From the NCBI GenBank assembly GCA_964016885.1, contig OZ024740.1:18972001-19036000 (forward strand): 64,000 bases of DNA. The letters run 5' to 3'. A model generated the notes under the pieces. That model did not search any database, was not told the DNA's origin, and saw only the letters and a list, made by a program, of their open reading frames with translations. This document shows positions 62,568 through 64,000 of the stretch, piece after piece (positions within the stretch are counted from its first letter, which is position 1; every line of letters begins with the position of its first letter). The DNA is from Eledone cirrhosa (Eukaryota). Both the position numbers and the translations under genes were made by a program.

Positions 62568-62815
62568 AACCCGGCGGTACCCATTCCTCTTTAGGTCTGA
62601 ACACAGCCGACTTCTCCCCAAGAAGCAGAGAATGGTAGAGAGGAAGTGAAAAAGGAATAAAGAGAAATAATCGACCCAGGACTGGATTGATAGTATATCG
62701 ACTCCGAAGGAAGGAAAGGCAATGTTAACCGCGGTGTGATTTGAACCCAGAGAGCAGAGAAAGACGGAGAGAATGGCAGAATGCATTCTATCCGACCTTC
62801 AAACGACCCTGCCAA
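62568..62815 (-). mobile_element. SINE, second subfamily
   Basis: Minus strand has a TTGGCAGGGTCG A-box-like head and GGGTTCAAATC B box. Tail shared with 41592-41700. Confidence 0.7.
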
Positions 62816-64000
62816 TGTACTGTACCACCGTCTTCCATGTACTGTCGCGCCTTGTCCCCGTGAATACCTCACCAACATGGAACGCATACTCTTCCAGTTC
62901 CTGTGGAAGAAACGGGCTCCACTGGTGAGGAGATCCGTCTGCTGACAACACCCTTCCAACGGAAGGCTGGGCATGCCGTGGCTAATAATGCGCAAACATG
63001 CGCTGAGGCTAAGGCATCTCTAGGTATTCCTCACCGACCAACCGGTGTGGGCACCGTTTGTGAGACAGGCCTTCCCACAACTTGTCTCGTTGACGGAGCT
63101 GCAGTCCTAGGGGAAGCGAAGACCGAAGATGGACGCCTGGCACATTGAATGCGCCGAGGCGCTCACAGTCCTCTGTCAAGCGGGCACAGCAATCAGTGGA
63201 GACTCCACTTCGACATTTTATAGAAGGTTAGTACGCCACAAGTGCGACGACGTGCTCGGAGAGACTCTAGGCGTCGAAGACGACGAGCTCACCAGTCTGT
63301 TCGGTAGGACACTCCGCCCGGGACCTATGGACAACTTCCAGAGGTCCCTGGCCTGGCAGTGCTACCGAGGAGCTCTACCCGTTCAAGATAAGATCTACAG
63401 GCACAGCCGCCCCGGCAGGGATCCTTCCAAGAGGACGTGTCTAAGATGCATGCAGGACATTGAAACTGTCCTGCACGCAATTGTACACTGCACGGGCGTA
63501 ACCGACCTGTGGAACTATGCAGAACAACGGCTATTGCGTATGGGACAAATTCAGTTGACTGCCGAGTCCATAGTAAGGATCAAACCGCCAGCCTCTTTCA
63601 AAAACGAAAGAGAGGCGGTTTTCCTCTGTACAGTGGCTATGGTGAAAGAGGTTATATGGTGGACGAGATTGAGAGGACTGAGGACAGATGCCTTTCTTTC
63701 CGGACAACAATTGAATCCCTTCTTTAAGTATCACTTTAGAAGAAGGATCAGAGTGGAGAGAGAGGCACTGCACCCCAGTAAATTTACTGAAAGGTGGGTG
63801 AATGAAGCGAAAATGGCTCGAGTGATTGGGCCTTCTTTGTTTATAAGCCTGTAGGTTAAAGAAGAGAGCAAAAGGAAGAAGGGAGAACTTGCACAACACG
63901 CTCCTGAAGTTGGGGGTTGTTCTATCGACGGGGTATTAAACAACCCATTTGTGGCGCCTCCCCCCTATTGAGGATTTCGATTGTTATAATTGTTTATTTC
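62816..64000 (+). mobile_element. L1/Tx1-clade LINE ORF2 3' fragment (disrupted) and 3' UTR
   Basis: YLTNMERILFQFLWKKRAPLVRRSVC*QHPSNGRLGMP..LRLRHL, then RSLAWQCYRGALPV..CLRC..ETVLHAIVHC (zf-RVT-like CCHC). Stop at 63854. Confidence 0.82.

Overview
Repeat-saturated animal genomic DNA with no recognisable host gene. The (TA)n/(TACA)n/(CA)n density and SINE type suggest a cephalopod or other mollusc, but that is inference. Contents: (1) four tandem arrays with 15-bp (1-19985), 42-bp (25192-29476), 45-bp (37644-41504) and 14-bp (about 60025-61165) units, which produce nearly all the long ORFs in the track and are non-coding; (2) decayed non-LTR retrotransposons: two R4/Dong-like RT+REL elements in (TACA)n, RTE pieces, a CR1-like 3' end and an L1/Tx1-like 3' end; (3) two Penelope-like elements (PLEs); (4) tRNA-derived SINEs, MITEs and a 622-bp non-autonomous RTE derivative in head-to-tail stacks. 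Most interesting: (a) a set of (TA)n-embedded, hammerhead-bearing Penelope-derived elements built as outward-facing inverted pairs, the smallest being palindromes centred on hammerhead stem II; (b) the 45-bp unit matches the first 45 nt (A-box head) of a SINE, and the 42-bp unit is an in-frame expansion of the RTE endonuclease TDH motif region; (c) the RTE derivative makes (TGTA)n tails that it and the R4-like elements appear to reuse as targets. All alignments and RNA folds were done by eye and boundaries are approximate.
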